Source: Nageia nagi (lineage: Eukaryota; Plantae; Pinophyta). From it: DNA of 64,000 nucleotides. The stretch spans positions 205,158,001 through 205,222,000 of the forward strand of contig JBITNC010000001.1 of NCBI GenBank assembly GCA_050084985.1. Reading direction: 5' to 3'. Shown one piece after another: positions 25,001-38,932 of this stretch (within the stretch, counting starts at the first letter, position 1; every line of letters begins with the position of its first letter). Under the pieces are notes generated by a model, which was not told the DNA's origin, searched no databases, and was given only the letters and a program-made list of their open reading frames with translations. Both the position numbers and the translations under genes were made by a program.

Positions 25001-27401
25001 ATAATTTTCCCATACATTTATAATGATTTGTTAAAAATATATAATTAAATAATATTAAATTATAATGGAAAGAATTCATAGTTTCTATCCTATACATAGT
25101 ATTTTAAAGGCTACAAATATCACATGCAATTTCAACCAAATGCACATGATCTACACAAAGACATGTAATCTATACAAACATAGTTGGTTGTAGGCTGAAT
25201 GTAGGTAACATTAGAAATACACATGATCATCTAGAATTGCACATCATTCTCTCTCAAGGTAAGATCACTTATTTTTGTTAATACAAAAAGCATAACTAGG
25301 AATATAAATTGCAAATGCAAAATAATTTTTTACACTATTTTTTATTCTTATATACTTGGTTGAATTAAATTATTCTTAGATTACACTAAATATACTTAAT
25401 ATGTATTTAGGAAATAAAACATAAGATAAGGGGTGGGAATGATCATACATGTGCATGTTTGTTAACTTAAAATGAATATTGCTATCTTGATTCATATATG
25501 GGAATGTTTCAGTTTGGCTTAAAATGAATGTTAAAAGGAATCTCATTTTTTTGTTTTAATAAGATAGCTTTTCATATGCATTTAGTTAGGGTAAAAAAAT
25601 GAACAATGGTGGTGATTTGGAGGTCATGAAAACCCATTAATATCCTTAATATATTTCTTAGCTCAAGCATTAATCCATATTTCATCATTGGTAGGTTGGT
25701 TACCTTAGCAACTTAACACCAGGTAACCAAGTTTTATGATGCCCACTTGTCTGTGTTATTCATCCTAGTTATAACTTTCAATGCTAAATAGCATTGGGAT
25801 TTTCCTAGGTTAGCACTTATGTATTTTGATCTGGAACTTTATGCAACTATAGAAAATCCCTAAGTATAGGGGCTTTCATTAGTTCACCTATGTCAACTTT
25901 TTTAAGAAACATTTACCCTACCCCTTTAAACACTTGACTAGTGTGTACTTTAGGAAAAATAAAAGAGGTCATAAAATGAATTCATATCATACAGGTCAAA
26001 TAAATATAAATCAATTAGTGAAAATTTAATCTAGATATTAATAATTGATATATTTAAATAAAATGGTAGGCATAGAGGTTGCATTTTCATAATTATTTTA
26101 TCATAGTCTCACACAAAACATAATATAATCAAATGGTTTCTAGGATTTAGAGTTATTTACTTTAATTCTTTTTGTGTAATTAGTTTTATTAAATCTGACC
26201 ATATATTAAAGGAATAGTGATGGGGAAATGACTCCCTCTTTTCCCCCTTTAAACATTACCAAATCTAATCTACAGGTTAATATGGTGCAAATGAAAAGTC
26301 AAAAGGCTAGATAATCTAACCAAGGGAGTCCACAAAATGTGCATTCTCATCACTAATGTGATGAAGAATATAATGAAATTCTAGAATACCAATAGCATCA
26401 TGAAAATCCCCTCAAGATAAGGAGGAATAACTTGGATTAGAAACATTATATGATTCTCACCAAGATGACCATAGCATAGATGAAGTTTATTCTCATTTAG
26501 CTAGTATTCAAGGCCTCCTAGTTCTATCCTTAATATTTTGACTAGATACGTAGACTCAATCAAGTCTTCTCTATAATGGGATACTTTTCACAATTCCCTA
26601 GATACATATATTTTACAACGTAGAAGTAACTATGCTTTAACCTAACCCCTATGTGATGAGGATCCTCAGTCATAATCTATCATTGCAATTCTTCATATAC
26701 TTGAACATAAATAGAAATGTGAATGTGTACCTATTATGATTAATGATGAAAACCAAGGGTTTAATATAGAAGAAGGGTTGATTATCCACCCTCCATCATA
26801 CATGTTCTAGATATTCATATTGTACAAATCACGAACATGTGTATTTGCACATTATGAGTATTAATGATATTTCTCAGGAATGATAATTACCATATGATGA
26901 TCCATACTTTATGATCAAGTAAGTCACCCTAGATAATAACCTTTTTTATCCTAAGTTATAATAAAAATATCTCTTCCCATCATAAGCAATACAATAGTCA
27001 TTATCTAATAGGATTATTTGAGTATTCCCTCCATATATGGGACATTATGGGAAGACATCATGAGTGTCTTCCCATAATTCTTATCATCATTAGTAAATAC
27101 CCTTGCATAGAGTTAGAGAGTCTCTTCTTTTAGATAGGGGAGTCTCAGTGCATTCCCCTCGTATACCTAGAGAGGTCCCACCATGAAGACCTAAGCATCT
27201 ACCTAGGATTCCTTCACCCATATATAGAGTTTCTCATCATATCTTGATTGTTCATCATCATTAAGAGTGATCTCAATGTCTTATTAAAAAAAATGACTCA
27301 ATCACTTTCTTAGTCATTCTTCATCTAGAGAATAATATTTCCAATAAAGGTATCATCATGAGTTTCCTTAGAAAAGGGTTTCATGCCATTATTCACCTAT
27401 G

Positions 27402-27634
27402 TTTCAACATGTTACTTTGTAGGGATTATGGGATAATATCCTAGAACATGATTATAACTCCTATTAAGCTATTTTCAATTGAATTTTAGTGGATTTACGT
27501 AACATTCCTTAGCATTCATTTTTGTTCCTTCATGTAGCCTCCTTGAGCTCAATTTTAGTTCCTCATTAAGGTTCTACATATTATACTACAAATTTACTTA
27601 ATGAATCACATTGTTGTATTCTCAAATTATTTCA
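27402..27634 (+). mobile_element. 5' LTR (5'-truncated) of the split Copia element
   Basis: Colinear with the 3' half of LTR 49098-49527 (AATATCCTAGAACATGATTATAACTCCTATT...CTCAAATTATTTCA). Confidence 0.85.
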
Positions 27635-27637
27635 TAT

Positions 27638-27649
27638 TGACATCAAAGC
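27638..27649 (+). promoter_or_regulatory. PBS, tRNA-iMet type (degenerate)
   Basis: TGACATCAAAGC versus consensus TGGTATCAGAGC, 3 bp after the LTR end. Confidence 0.75.
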
Positions 27650-27767
27650 TAGTTGATCTTAGTTGGGTTTTGGGAGGTTATGGGTACCTTACAAAAACTT
27701 AACAAATTTTTTAAAAAGTGATCCAAATATGCATGTAGTGTGTGTTGAGTTTATTGGAGTGAAAGAG

Positions 27768-28846
27768 ATGGATTCTAGAGTTAATTCTCTTCTCATACCA
27801 GAATTCAATTTAGAGGATTATGAATATTGGGCATTGAAAATGAAGCATTTGCTCATAGGTAAAGGAGTGTGGGACATTATTAATGATGACTATGTGGAGC
27901 TATATTGGGACACACTTCCTCAAGCTGATAGGCCTACTAAAAGAGTGGCCAAAAATAAAATATGTTTTGTAATCTATCATCTCTAATTAGCCTTGGACAA
28001 GAGAATGTTCCTAAGGATTGCTAGTTGCAATATGACCAAGGATGAATGGAAGGTATTAAAACATGGATTTAAAGGAAATGATCAAGTGAAGAAAGTGAAG
28101 CTTCATACTTTAAAAATAGAGTTTGATAATCTAAAGCAAAAATAGGAAGAGAAAGTTGGTGAGTATTTTGTAAGAGTGAAGACATGTTTCCAAATGATGG
28201 AGATACTTGGAGAGGAGGTAAAAAATCTAATTGTAGTGAAGAAAGTGTTAAGAACACTTATTACAAAATGGAGCCAAAAAACTATTATGTTTAAAGAGAA
28301 TAAAAATACGACAACTCTTAATATTGATCAACTTATTGGTTCCTTGATGTCTCATGAGGAAAGGCTTGCTCCACTTTCAAATGTTGGGAGTGTGGAAGAG
28401 AAGGATTCAATTCTAAAGAAGGTGACACTACTTCTAATGGTAAATGGAGAGCTTAAGGTAGAGAAAGAGGTAGATATTATAGAGGAAGAGGAAGACGAAG
28501 AGGAAGATGAAGAGGTAGGAGAGGTGGCTTCCCAGGTAGAGGAGGATTCCAAGGAAGAGGAAGGGAGGATTCTTCAATAGGTGAAAAGTGAGACAAATAA
28601 TTTTAATATTGTAATAAATATAGACACTATGAAAGGTAATGTAGATTGAAGGCTTCCAAAGAAGGAGACCAAAGTGCAAACTATGGTGACAAGTATGGAT
28701 CCTCCACCTTGTTCTTATGTTATGCCCATTAAGCCCAAAAGCTGGATAAGGCATGGATCCTTAACATGAGTTTCTTCAACCACATGAATAATAAGGGAGA
28801 TTTATTTTATACCATAGATGACTCATATAAGTCCAAGATCACACTT
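27768..28846 (+). pseudogene. Copia gag and start of protease (5' part of the split element)
   Basis: MDSRVNSLLIPEFNLEDYEYWALKMKHLLIGKGVWDII, a UBN2-like region (VKKVLRTL...LIGSLMSHEERL), an RGRG-rich tract, zinc knuckle CNKYRHYER*C, then NHM...DDSYKSKITL. Confidence 0.9.
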
Positions 28847-29252
28847 ATGAAATATTTTAAAGGGAAAATTGGAAAATCAAGGCTATAATTATAGATTTTC
28901 ACTTTTTGATTTGGCTAGTATAGTGCATGGTGGGTCCTGCCTTAGAGAAATTTTTTTATAAAAAAAATTATATTCTTGACCCATGTAGCTAACCTTTTAA
29001 CATGATTTCAAATATATTAGCCCTTTTTTCTAAACTTAATTTAGCTCATTCACCTTGAAATTATAAAAATAATAAATAATTCTACCTAAATAGTCACTTA
29101 TAGGTTAACAAATATATACATATCAAACTTCCCTATCCATATGATACCATGCCACCATATAGTGATATTGGAATCATATTTCTAAAATTGGATCAAAACC
29201 TATATCTGGTATAAATCTAAATTTGGGTTGGAACTTACATTGGGAAGTTGTA

Positions 29253-29730
29253 ACTAGGTTGGAAGCATTTCCTCTATAATCAAGTTATAAGCATTTCCTT
29301 TGCATCCAAGTTAGAAGCATTTCCCTTACAATTGGGTTAGAAACATTTTCTCTATAGTCTGGTTGGAAGCATTTCCTCTACAGCTAGGTTGAAAGCATTT
29401 GTTTTGTATCTATGTCAAAAGCATTTCCTCTATAGCTAGTTTAGAAGCATTTCCTTTACACTTGGCTCAAAAGCATTTCCTCTATAGCTAGGTTAGAAGA
29501 ATTTCCTCTACATTCATGTTAAAAGCATTTAGTATACATCCAAGTTGAAAGCATTTCATTTGCAATTGGGCCAGAAACATTTCCTCTACATCTAGGTAGG
29601 AAGCATTTTCTCTATAGCTGGGTAAGAAGCAATTCCTCAAGCTAGGTTAGAAGCATTTCCTTTATAGTTGGGTCAAAAGCATTTCCCTTGCATTCAGGTC
29701 AAAAGCATTTCCTTTACACCTAGGTTAGAA
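29253..29730. repeat. 26-bp tandem array, ~18 copies (CTAGGTTAGAAGCATTTCCTCTACAG)
   Basis: AAGCATTTCC recurs every 26 bp. Confidence 0.95.
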
Positions 29731-29904
29731 CATGCATCTATTCATAACCTACCTCCATTTGAAAAGCATTTTCTTGTAACTTGCATCCTGATAGGAAGAA
29801 ATTTCTATATCTGATTCAAATGAAATCTCACCCACTCATAAGAGTGATGCAAAACTTAGTGGTAATAGAGGTGTAATAGGATGCACTTATACAAAACCTA
29901 AAAG

Positions 29905-32900
29905 CATTTTGTTATATTTTAAACATTGAAGATAAATTGGGAGGCAAAATCAACTTGTCCACTAGTATGCAATATCTAAGAAATTTCTTAGACACCAATG
30001 AACTAATAGAACTTAATCTAAAAGAAAATTGATATACATGGTCCAAGAGGAGAATAGGGAGAGGTTTTATCTTGAGAATACTAGACTAGATGATGGCTTC
30101 CTAGGAATGGTTGGACCAGTACCAAAACTATGCCTTATCCTTTCTACTAAGGATTTCTTCTGATCATAGACCAATACTTCTTACAATGGAGAATATGCAA
30201 AATATAAAAGCTCCTTTCAAATTTTAAAACATGTGGATGTCACATAAAGACTTCAAGGATATGCTCTTTGGGTGGTGGAAAATTAAAATTCAAGGTATTG
30301 CTATGTACAAACTTACAAAGAAGCTTGATGAAGTGAGAAAAAATTTAAAAATTTGAAACAAGAAAGAGTTGAAGAATGTTCACTACATAAAAGCTTAGCT
30401 GAAAGAGAGAATGAAAGAGATCAAACATGAAATTCTTAGAATAGGTCACACAATAGATTTGGAAAAGAGGAAAGGTAGCTATTGGTGGCATTCTATAATA
30501 CCCTTACCCAAGAGGAACAAATGTGGAGACAAAAACCAAGAATTACATGGATTAAAGAAGAAGATTGAAACACTAAATTCTTCAAAGTTACCATAATGAG
30601 AAGAAAAAATTTCAATAAGATTGTTCAAATAAAAAAATAGGATGGTAGTGTCATAATTAAGGAGAAAGAGATAAAAAATGAAGCTGTCTAATTCTATGAA
30701 AAGCCTCTATTAATAAACTAGAAGGATAGTACACAAGCTATAAACAAAATCATTCAAAATATACTTAGTATCATAACTCATAAGAAAAATGAAGCACTAA
30801 AAAAGAAAATCACAAAAGAGAAGTGAAGAAACTTTCTTCCTAATGGAACCAAATAAATCCCTAGGACCTAATGGGTTTCTTGTAGGATTCTTTTAGAAGA
30901 ATTGGGAGATTTTAGAAAAGGAAATTTGATATGCTATTAAAGAATTCTTCACAAAGGGTAAATTGTTAAAATAGTGGAACAAGATGGATTTATTGGATTT
31001 ATTTTAGATAGACAAATAACAAATGGTATTATTCATATCCATGAAGTCCCACACTCAAACTATAATAAAAAATACCTACTATCATTTTCAAACTTGATAT
31101 GAAGAAGGCTTATGATAGGTTCAGTTAGAAATTTTTTAATAGAATGCTACAAGCCTTTGGATTTGGGAATATTTGGAGGAAGTGGATAACTGAATGTATT
31201 GTAACATAAATGTTCTTAGTTCTAGTTAATGGAGAAGTCATAAGCTATTTTAAATCATCAAGAGGTATAAGGAAAGGAGATTTGATATCACCTTATCTCT
31301 TCATTATTTTGGTAGAAGAATTGGGTAGAATGATTAAACATGCTAAGAAGGAACATATAATCAAAGGGGCAGTACTAGGCCCAAATTGTAGTCCAACCAC
31401 ACACCATCAATTTGTGGATGATACTATATTTATTAGAAAGGCTAAGAAAGGGGAGGTGATAAGGTTCAAAAGTATTCTTGAAATGTACAAAAAAGCTTCA
31501 CATCAAAGAACAAACCTCCAAAAAATAAAGATTTACTTCCTTAATTATTTTTATAGAGTTAAAAAAAATATAAGCAGAATATGGGGGTGTCTTGAAGGAT
31601 AATTCCTAACCAATTACTTAGGAATGATTTGTTTGTTGGGAGACTAAAAGCTTAATACTAGAATAGTCACATTTAGAAAAATTCAAAATAAACTCATAGT
31701 ATGGGAGGAAAAAACTCTTACCTATGCAGGGAGGCTTACCCTTATAAAAATAGTTCTCCAAAGTGTTCCCATATATTTCGCTATGATGTTCAAATTCCTA
31801 ATTACTATTTGTAACAAAATTGATTAAATTTGTTATATATTCCTTTGTACCAAATAGGAAAATAAAAGAAGCTTATCCTTGGTAATGTGGAAGACCATCT
31901 ATAGTGAAAAATATTTGGGAGGACTAGGTCTAGGGAAAATGAAGCAAGTTAGTCAAGGCTTGAGAGGTAAGCTTATTTAGCAAATTTCTTATGGTAATAA
32001 AAGTGAATGGGTCTAAATTATCATAGAAAAGTATATGATGGGATAATATGTCATTCTAAGAATCCAAAATCCCCCTTATGGCTCTACAATATGGAATGGT
32101 CTTACCTTAGCTAGATCAGAGATCATGAATCATATCATGTGGGATGCAAGAGATGGAAGTAATGTTTATATGTGGGAAGATACTTGGTTCAAGGTTAAGC
32201 CCCTAAACCAAATATCATAGTTTTAAAAAGGAGGTAGATGTACCCAAGATAATCAAGGACAAACTATTGATAATTATTATGATAATTCTCTAAACAAATG
32301 GTTTTTTCTCAAGCCTAAAGATGAAAAATGTAGAAGATAGCTACAAACCCTTGAACAAGAAATGAATACAACCAAAATTATCATGAATAATAACATAGGA
32401 AATTTTAAATGGGGTAAAAAAAGAAGGCAACTATATGGTTAAGAAAGCTATTAAGATCATGAATGAAGATGATTTGCAAGAACCAGGAAACCAAATTTGG
32501 AGGCCTAAAATTATACCAAAAATAGCCTTCTTCCTTTTTATAGTAGTTAGAAATAGATTGATGACTATTAATAATATGAAGAAAAGAGGGATCATAATGG
32601 TTAATAGATGTATCTTATGCCATCATAAGGAAGAAGATGTTAATCATCTTTTCATACACTATGAATATACTCAGAAGTTTTGGAGAAGAATGTGAAGGGA
32701 AGGGAATATAGCTGACCTTAAACCCCAAACCATAAGTAGTTTCATCCAATTCATGAGCTCCAATTCTAAGGATAAGGAAAATGAAAAACACATGTGTTAC
32801 TCTTATTGCCCATGTTTGGTGGTAAATATGGAAGCAACATAATACAAGGATCTTTGAGGGCAAATATAATAAAGTGGCATAGGTTTATAAAAGTAGTATT

Positions 32901-35350
32901 TATAAGGCTGATGAAAATATAATGCATGTTGGAGAACCTAAAATATGGTACCCTTTTTTAAAAAACTCTTTAAAATTAATGAAGTCTAACTTAGGAAATA
33001 GTTTTGTCTTGGGAAAGTGTAGGTAACTTCATAGCCAGACAAAGGAAGATTTGTTTATTATGAAGGCTAAAATTTTAAGGTACGATTGCAAGGTTGGTAT
33101 GAGTGACTATGAAATGATAGAGATAAGTTAGAAACATGTGGGAAGGTAATTCAATTTATTCACATGAGTTAGATATCATTTTGATGAGAAAATATGGCAT
33201 GATGGGGGAAGGCAACTTAATTCATCAAATGAATTAAATGCCACTATGATAGGAAAAGCATCCAAAACTTTATAGCCAATCCAAAATAAAGAAGAATCAA
33301 CATAAAGAAAACAAATAGGTACAAGATCCATAGAAAAATTGTAATGGGGGCTGCTCTAGTTTTTATTAAGCCCAACAATCCATAAAAGGCAAAAAAGGAC
33401 CTTAACATATGGCACCTGGTTTGCAAGGGGGACTTGAATACATTCATAGAAAATTGCAACGGGCCTAATAGGAGATTGGAAAACATGATAGTTCATAGTT
33501 GGAATAATGGGAAATGCATAATCCATGGCAAAGAGATCCACTTTATAGCTAATACCATAGCTCAGGCTACTAGTCTCCCAAATTAGGGGAAATAAATCAA
33601 ACACAACTCCAAGATGATTAAAGGGGAGGATATCAAGAAATTTGAAATAAGGGGTATCCATTTGCTACCTTATCAAACAATATACTATAGTAGCAGCCTA
33701 TCATAATCATGGTATAAACTATGTAAGGTAATCATGAAGTATATCACACCCGATGGTAGGCATACAAAGGTTTATATTCATCACATAATTCTCCTCTTTT
33801 GATTCAACTAGGAAAGAGTTAATTTGGAGGATTTTATGAAATTTTCCATGTTTATCTCAATGGGGAAGTGCAAAGCTAACCCCAATTTGATACCACTCCA
33901 TCAAATAGTAATGCTACTTATCTACAAACATGCCTTGTCCATGTAAGTCCCATAATAAACCCTTCACCACCAGATGGAAGCATTGGAAGAAGAAGGAAAT
34001 GATACTCAAATTGGCCATGAAGAGGAGGAAAAAAATGAATGCCCATTGTAGTTTCATCAATGAAGAAGGAATGAGGATGAGGATAACTAAATGCAAAATT
34101 CTTTTCAAGAAGAAATAACATACAATCAAGAGTATTGTTATACAAATATAATTCACACCAATAGCTCAGAGGCTAACACCATGAATCCTTGCACCTATCA
34201 AATTGAAGCCCTGAAACCCATAAGAAAGTGGACTCATGCAAAATATCATGCAAACTAGCCCAAAGGTAAGATTGACTCTTCTTTGAATAACCCTATTAAT
34301 ATATAAGATAGTCCTACTAAGTTAGAAGATCACTTCATTGGAAAAGTTTACACTAGAACCTAATCTAGAAAGAAGAATTTAAATAGGCCTAAGGTCAATG
34401 ACTCCTCATCTATATCCTAGGAGGTATCTAATTCTACCACTTATTTTGACTAAGAACCTCAACATCAACCACCCCCTCCATTTTATCCCCAACATGCCAT
34501 CCTTCTCTTTCTACCCATTCTCACCATCCCCTAATACCCAAGATTACCCTCTTCTTTTTCTTCCCTAATTCCATAGACATTATAGGAAATTCAAGATTCC
34601 TACTATTATATTTTCCTAGAACATCCACAATCACATGTTAGCCAAGGTAAATCACTATAAATGTATCCATATCACCTTGTTCAAATCCCTCCTAGTGTTT
34701 CAGCATATGCAAGGAGCATAAGATCAAAATAAGGAAATCATGTTTACTAGAGAAATGTGGAAGCTCATATATTGTAAATTCTACAAACATGGTTATAAGA
34801 AGTTGCAAAGGATAGTTTAAGTGGAACCTAATATGGAGGAGAGAAGATTAGCAACCTACTAGGAGTTCATATTCACTTCTATTCATGGAATTATAGCATA
34901 GTTTAATGAAGGAATTTACTTCGCACCAAAGCCCCTCAAGGCATGCAAACTAGGCGACAAGGAAAATCTCCATTGATAATGGTAAACACAAATCCTATTT
35001 TTTGGAAATGTTGTTTTGAAGACATGTTGCTCAATAGTGTAGAGACATATGGTTTTTCTTGCTATAAAAGGATACTAATCTTCAATATTCAAATGCAGTG
35101 CTTCATTTTGTTATGTACTTACATAGTTTTTGTTATAAGGTTTTTCTGTTATGTAAAGGATAAGTATTATTTAAATTCCTAGTCTATAGTTTATTTCCAT
35201 ATATGATCCCTTGTATATGATGGAGGAAAGTTATCCTATTAGGTTTTGCTTTTCTAACCTTAACTTTGTAAAAAGTTTCAAGAAACCTTTCAAAATTCTA
35301 CCTCTTTTTGATTAATATCAAATATAATCATCGATTTTAATAAAAAAAAA
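29905..35350 (+). mobile_element. 5'-truncated L1-clade LINE with a long 3' region and poly(A)
   Basis: EN tail (YTWSKRR..RILD..SDHRPI), RT (SLGPNGF, KLDMKKAYDR, RGIRKGDLISPYLF, HHQFVDDT) and zf-RVT (RCILCHHKEEDVNHLF). A-tail at 35342-35350. Degenerate TSD-like AAAACCTAAAA/ACAACCAAAAA. Confidence 0.9.
33344..34980 (+). pseudogene. Extra ORF in the L1 3' region, homologous to ORF 15440-17036
   Basis: MGAALVFIKP...IWHLVCKGDLNTFIENCNG...SWNNGKCIIHGKEIHF..TIAQATSLPN*G...WYKLCKVIMKYITPDGR...VNL...PLHQIVMLLIY, followed by acidic and Pro-rich tracts. Confidence 0.75.
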
Positions 35351-38282
35351 CAACCAAAAAAAGTGCAACAACCAACTCTTATCATAGAAGGTACACTCAA
35401 TTTAAATTTGTATTTTAAGTTGATTGTAAATTGTACTTTTTAATTAAGATAGTTTAAAATGCATTAAAAGTAGGAATATTTTGTTACAAAAAATACATCA
35501 GATGTCACTCCCCTTGAAGAAGACATATCCAATGATTAAATATTAGATGAATTTCAATTCGATATTACTCTCAGTGAACATGAACCTAAAAACAAGAGTG
35601 ATGATAATAAGAAAGGATTTCAAGAACACACAAGTAGTAAAAAGTCATCCAATAGAAAGAGAAAAAGAAAATGGAATGTAGGTAGAACATTTCAAGATGA
35701 ATGAGTTGGAACATATCCTTTAATAGAATTTGTAATGCCTAAAAATAGTTTGGAAGAACCTATGGAATGCAGATGTGTATGTTGCAATTGGAAAACAAAA
35801 AAAGAACATAGAATTCAACTAAAAAATGATAAAATTTAGAAACATTATGGGAAAAATACGAGTATGAAGAAGTAGATGGTAAGTGAATAAGGGTTATTAA
35901 GTAGAAAGATAAATTAAAATGCTTACATCTAAAATATCAAGAGATGTATGAAAATAAGATGAATAGAAGGAAGAAGATTTTTGAAAAAGGTGAAATAATA
36001 AATCAATATATGGATAAAGTAAATTAGGGAAATTTAATTGCTAATACTGTACAATTTTTTGTTGTATTTCAAATTTTAAAAAATGGTAGGCCTATTTTAG
36101 ATATTTCATTATATAAAGAATTTATCCATTTTGTTGGTATAAATTTATTTAAATTAACACAATACCATTTTTTTGAGAGTAATGAATGGGATATTTCAAA
36201 TTGTATTACGACGATTGAGATTCAAGATTTACGAGCAAAGGTAAGAGATGAAAAAAATATTTCATTATCCATATATGAAGTTGCTACTATTGATCATACT
36301 TCTTAGGTTTGATTACATGTCTACATCTTTCAAGAATCTAAATACATGAGAAAACCTCCCTTTCTATCAATCTAAAAAATATCTCAAAGTTCTAATGCTA
36401 AAAATTCATGCAATCTTGTTGTTAGTTGTCTAAAAAACATAGTAGGAATGGAAAATTATAAAATAGCTATGAAGTTGATATGTGTTTGGGCTGATAGCCC
36501 ATCTGTAATGTAGGAAAATAAAAATGGACTTTGTGTTAAGCTTTAAACAACATATTCTCCGTACATGATAGCAATTCATTGTATGGTACATAAAATGAAT
36601 CTTTCATACAAAATAGTTAACAAATTTGAAATTATTGCTAAGGTGGAGGAATTGGTTCATGATATTCATTCTTATTTTGTACATAGTTTAAAGAGGATTA
36701 TACAATTTCAATAATTTGTTGAGGGTATAATAGATGGTAAAAAAATGCTTAACAATATTGATATTAGATGTATTTCTTTGTATCTTCCCTTACTAAGAGT
36801 ATGCAAAGAATATATCTCATTATGTGGGTATGTGTGTGGAAATTGAATAAAATTTGATAAAGCAAAATATATATTATACATGTTAATATATAGTTAAATG
36901 TTACACACTTTATGTGGAATTCTACCAATGTTGAAGGAAATTCATAATGTAATGAAAATAGCTCAAACAAGATACATCTATATTGTTGATTTTGTAAGGG
37001 CAAGAAAACATACTTTTCTTGTTTTAGAAAACTTGTATATTTGCAAGGATAACTTTATGGGTGATAGTTTTGAGGCATGGCAATCTATCATTAATTTGAA
37101 ATATCCAAAAAGTTTCTTGAAATTTGATATTATGGGTAAGCTTGGTATAATTGTTCATGATAAATTGACCCCAATGCATTGTTATTATAGGAGAGATGAT
37201 ATTTATGTTTAAGGTTTAGAAGAAATGTCTATAACATCACAACTATTTGATCATCTTATTTTTTATGTAAGAAAAAAATTGCAAAAATTATTAGAAACAA
37301 TGTCAAGTGAAATAAGAGATCAATTTAGAAAGAATGATTTGGTTGAGTCAATAAGTATTGTGCACCCATATTTTTGGTCAACAAATAGTAGTTGCATGAG
37401 TTCAATATATAAAAAATATGTCAGTAATCTTATGAAACACTTTTTTTGATAGTTAAAATCAACAATGTTAAAATTCTAAGTATTTTGGACAAAAATAGTT
37501 GACAGATCAATCAAACCAATTCAATGTTACTATGTATGAACAATACAAGGAGTTGAGTGAACCAAATGAAAATGGCTTAATAGTATAATTATGGGGTAGA
37601 CTATATCTAAGTACAATAATGTAGATACAAATAAGTTAATATTTTTTCCTATATGAATTATGCTAGACTATGATTTTGGGATCTATTATAGATGAATGGT
37701 TTTTTAGTACTTTGGCTTATATCAAATCAAAAGCTCACAATAGATTGAATAAGAACTTGAAAATATGTTTAAGAATTTATACATCTAAATATGCTTTGGA
37801 AAATTTTCCATATGATAGAGTTATTTCTACATGATATTCAATTGCAAACAAGAGATGAACATCAAGGGCTAAATGTGCTAAAGATGCTAAAAATAGGGTA
37901 GTGGAAGTAATTCATAAAGATGAGTTTTACCAACAAATTATTGAAAAGGGATTAATTAATGTGCAAGAGAGAGATGAAGAGGAAGATGAAGAAAGTGTAG
38001 ATGTGTAATTTTCTTTTAGTTTTTTCAATCAAATCCATTGTTGGTATAATAATTTGCAATTTCATACTTTTTGAAAGGTTTAATGAAATTATTTGATATT
38101 TTTGAATCTCATATTTTCTATATGTAATGTGTTATTGAACTATTATTTGAATATACAAATGATTTTTTTTACTTTAATTTTCAAACTGTATAATATGATT
38201 AACATGTAGTAAACTATTAATGATATTTTTATTTTAATTTTTTTTTATAAGTTAGCATTTGTAAACTATATGTGATATGATT

Positions 38283-38582
38283 AGCATGTAGTTGCAATCA
38301 GACCAATTTTATAGATGGGCTAGATGCATGTTATTATAGCTAGGTGTTGCATCTGGCTTGACTATGATAACATGCATCCATCTAAGTTTCAATGACATGT
38401 AGTCAAAATGATTGCATGTTGTTGTAGTTAGATTAGATTCATGTTGTTATAGCTAGGTCAAATGCAACACTCAGATGTAATTACTTGCACCTAAATTGAC
38501 TACAACAACATGCATTAGAACCAACTGCATGTCATTGCATCTGGGTCAAGTGCAAGTAATTATAGCCAGACCAGGTGCATCT
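38283..38582. repeat. Degenerate ~26-bp array in mixed orientation, between the convergent genes
   Basis: TGCATGTTGTTGTAGTTAGATTAGA-type units and reverse units (GACTACAACAACATGCA). Core example TGCATCTGGGTCAAGTGCA. Confidence 0.8.
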
Positions 38583-38932
38583 CTTTTTTTTTTAAGTAGA
38601 AAACATAAATCATCATATGTCATACAATAAGTCAAAAAAATTATGAATTTAAAATAAATTTTATTAGGTACTAAAGAAAACTAATGCTAAAGAAAACTAT
38701 TACAAATTTACAATCAAGTAAACATGTTTTTAGTATTCTAATTAGATTGAACAACCATAAGTTTTAAAGGATAATAACACTAAAACCATTTACCAATTAC
38801 CATAATCCATGATTTACACACATGTCACATAATTCAAAATCATATAGGAAGTTATATACAAGTATTTTATATAAAATGGTAAGCCTCTCTCATTACTAGT
38901 TTGCCAAAATGATAATATTTAACTAAAACTAA

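Larger units (their letters stand above)
29149..38008 (+). pseudogene. ZNF862-like / hAT-type DDE transposase pseudogene. Main exon 35474-38008; putative small 5' exons 29149-29208 and 29795-29903 + ~35351-35390
   Basis: Motifs in order: RKRKRKWNVGRTFQDE*, CRCVCC, VQFFVVFQILKNGRP, ISLSIYEVATIDHTS*, KLICVWADSPSVM, IHCMVHKMNL (CxxH), and C-terminal MILGSIIDEWFFSTLAYIKSKAHNRL (hAT dimerisation-like). Many stops and frameshifts. The 5' exons are inferred from GT/AG sites and frame. Confidence 0.8.

Noticed and set aside
25000-27400. Possible LTR or Tat-spacer remnants
   Set aside because: It looks TE-derived, but I could not fix termini, a PBS/PPT or a protein motif.
28352-28754. Ser-rich and hydrophobic minus-strand ORFs (and the E-rich tail of 28176..28580)
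   Set aside because: These are antisense or out-of-frame readings of the RGRG-rich Copia gag tract.
29253-29730. 26-bp arrays as CRISPR-like repeat-spacer loci
   Set aside because: Units are contiguous degenerate tandem copies with a near-constant 7-bp spacer, not unique spacers. The context is eukaryotic and there are no cas genes.
35474-38008. Intact or domesticated host ZNF862-like gene
   Set aside because: It has multiple stops and frameshifts, the first catalytic Asp appears mutated (SIYE), and it lies inside a TSD-flanked insertion.
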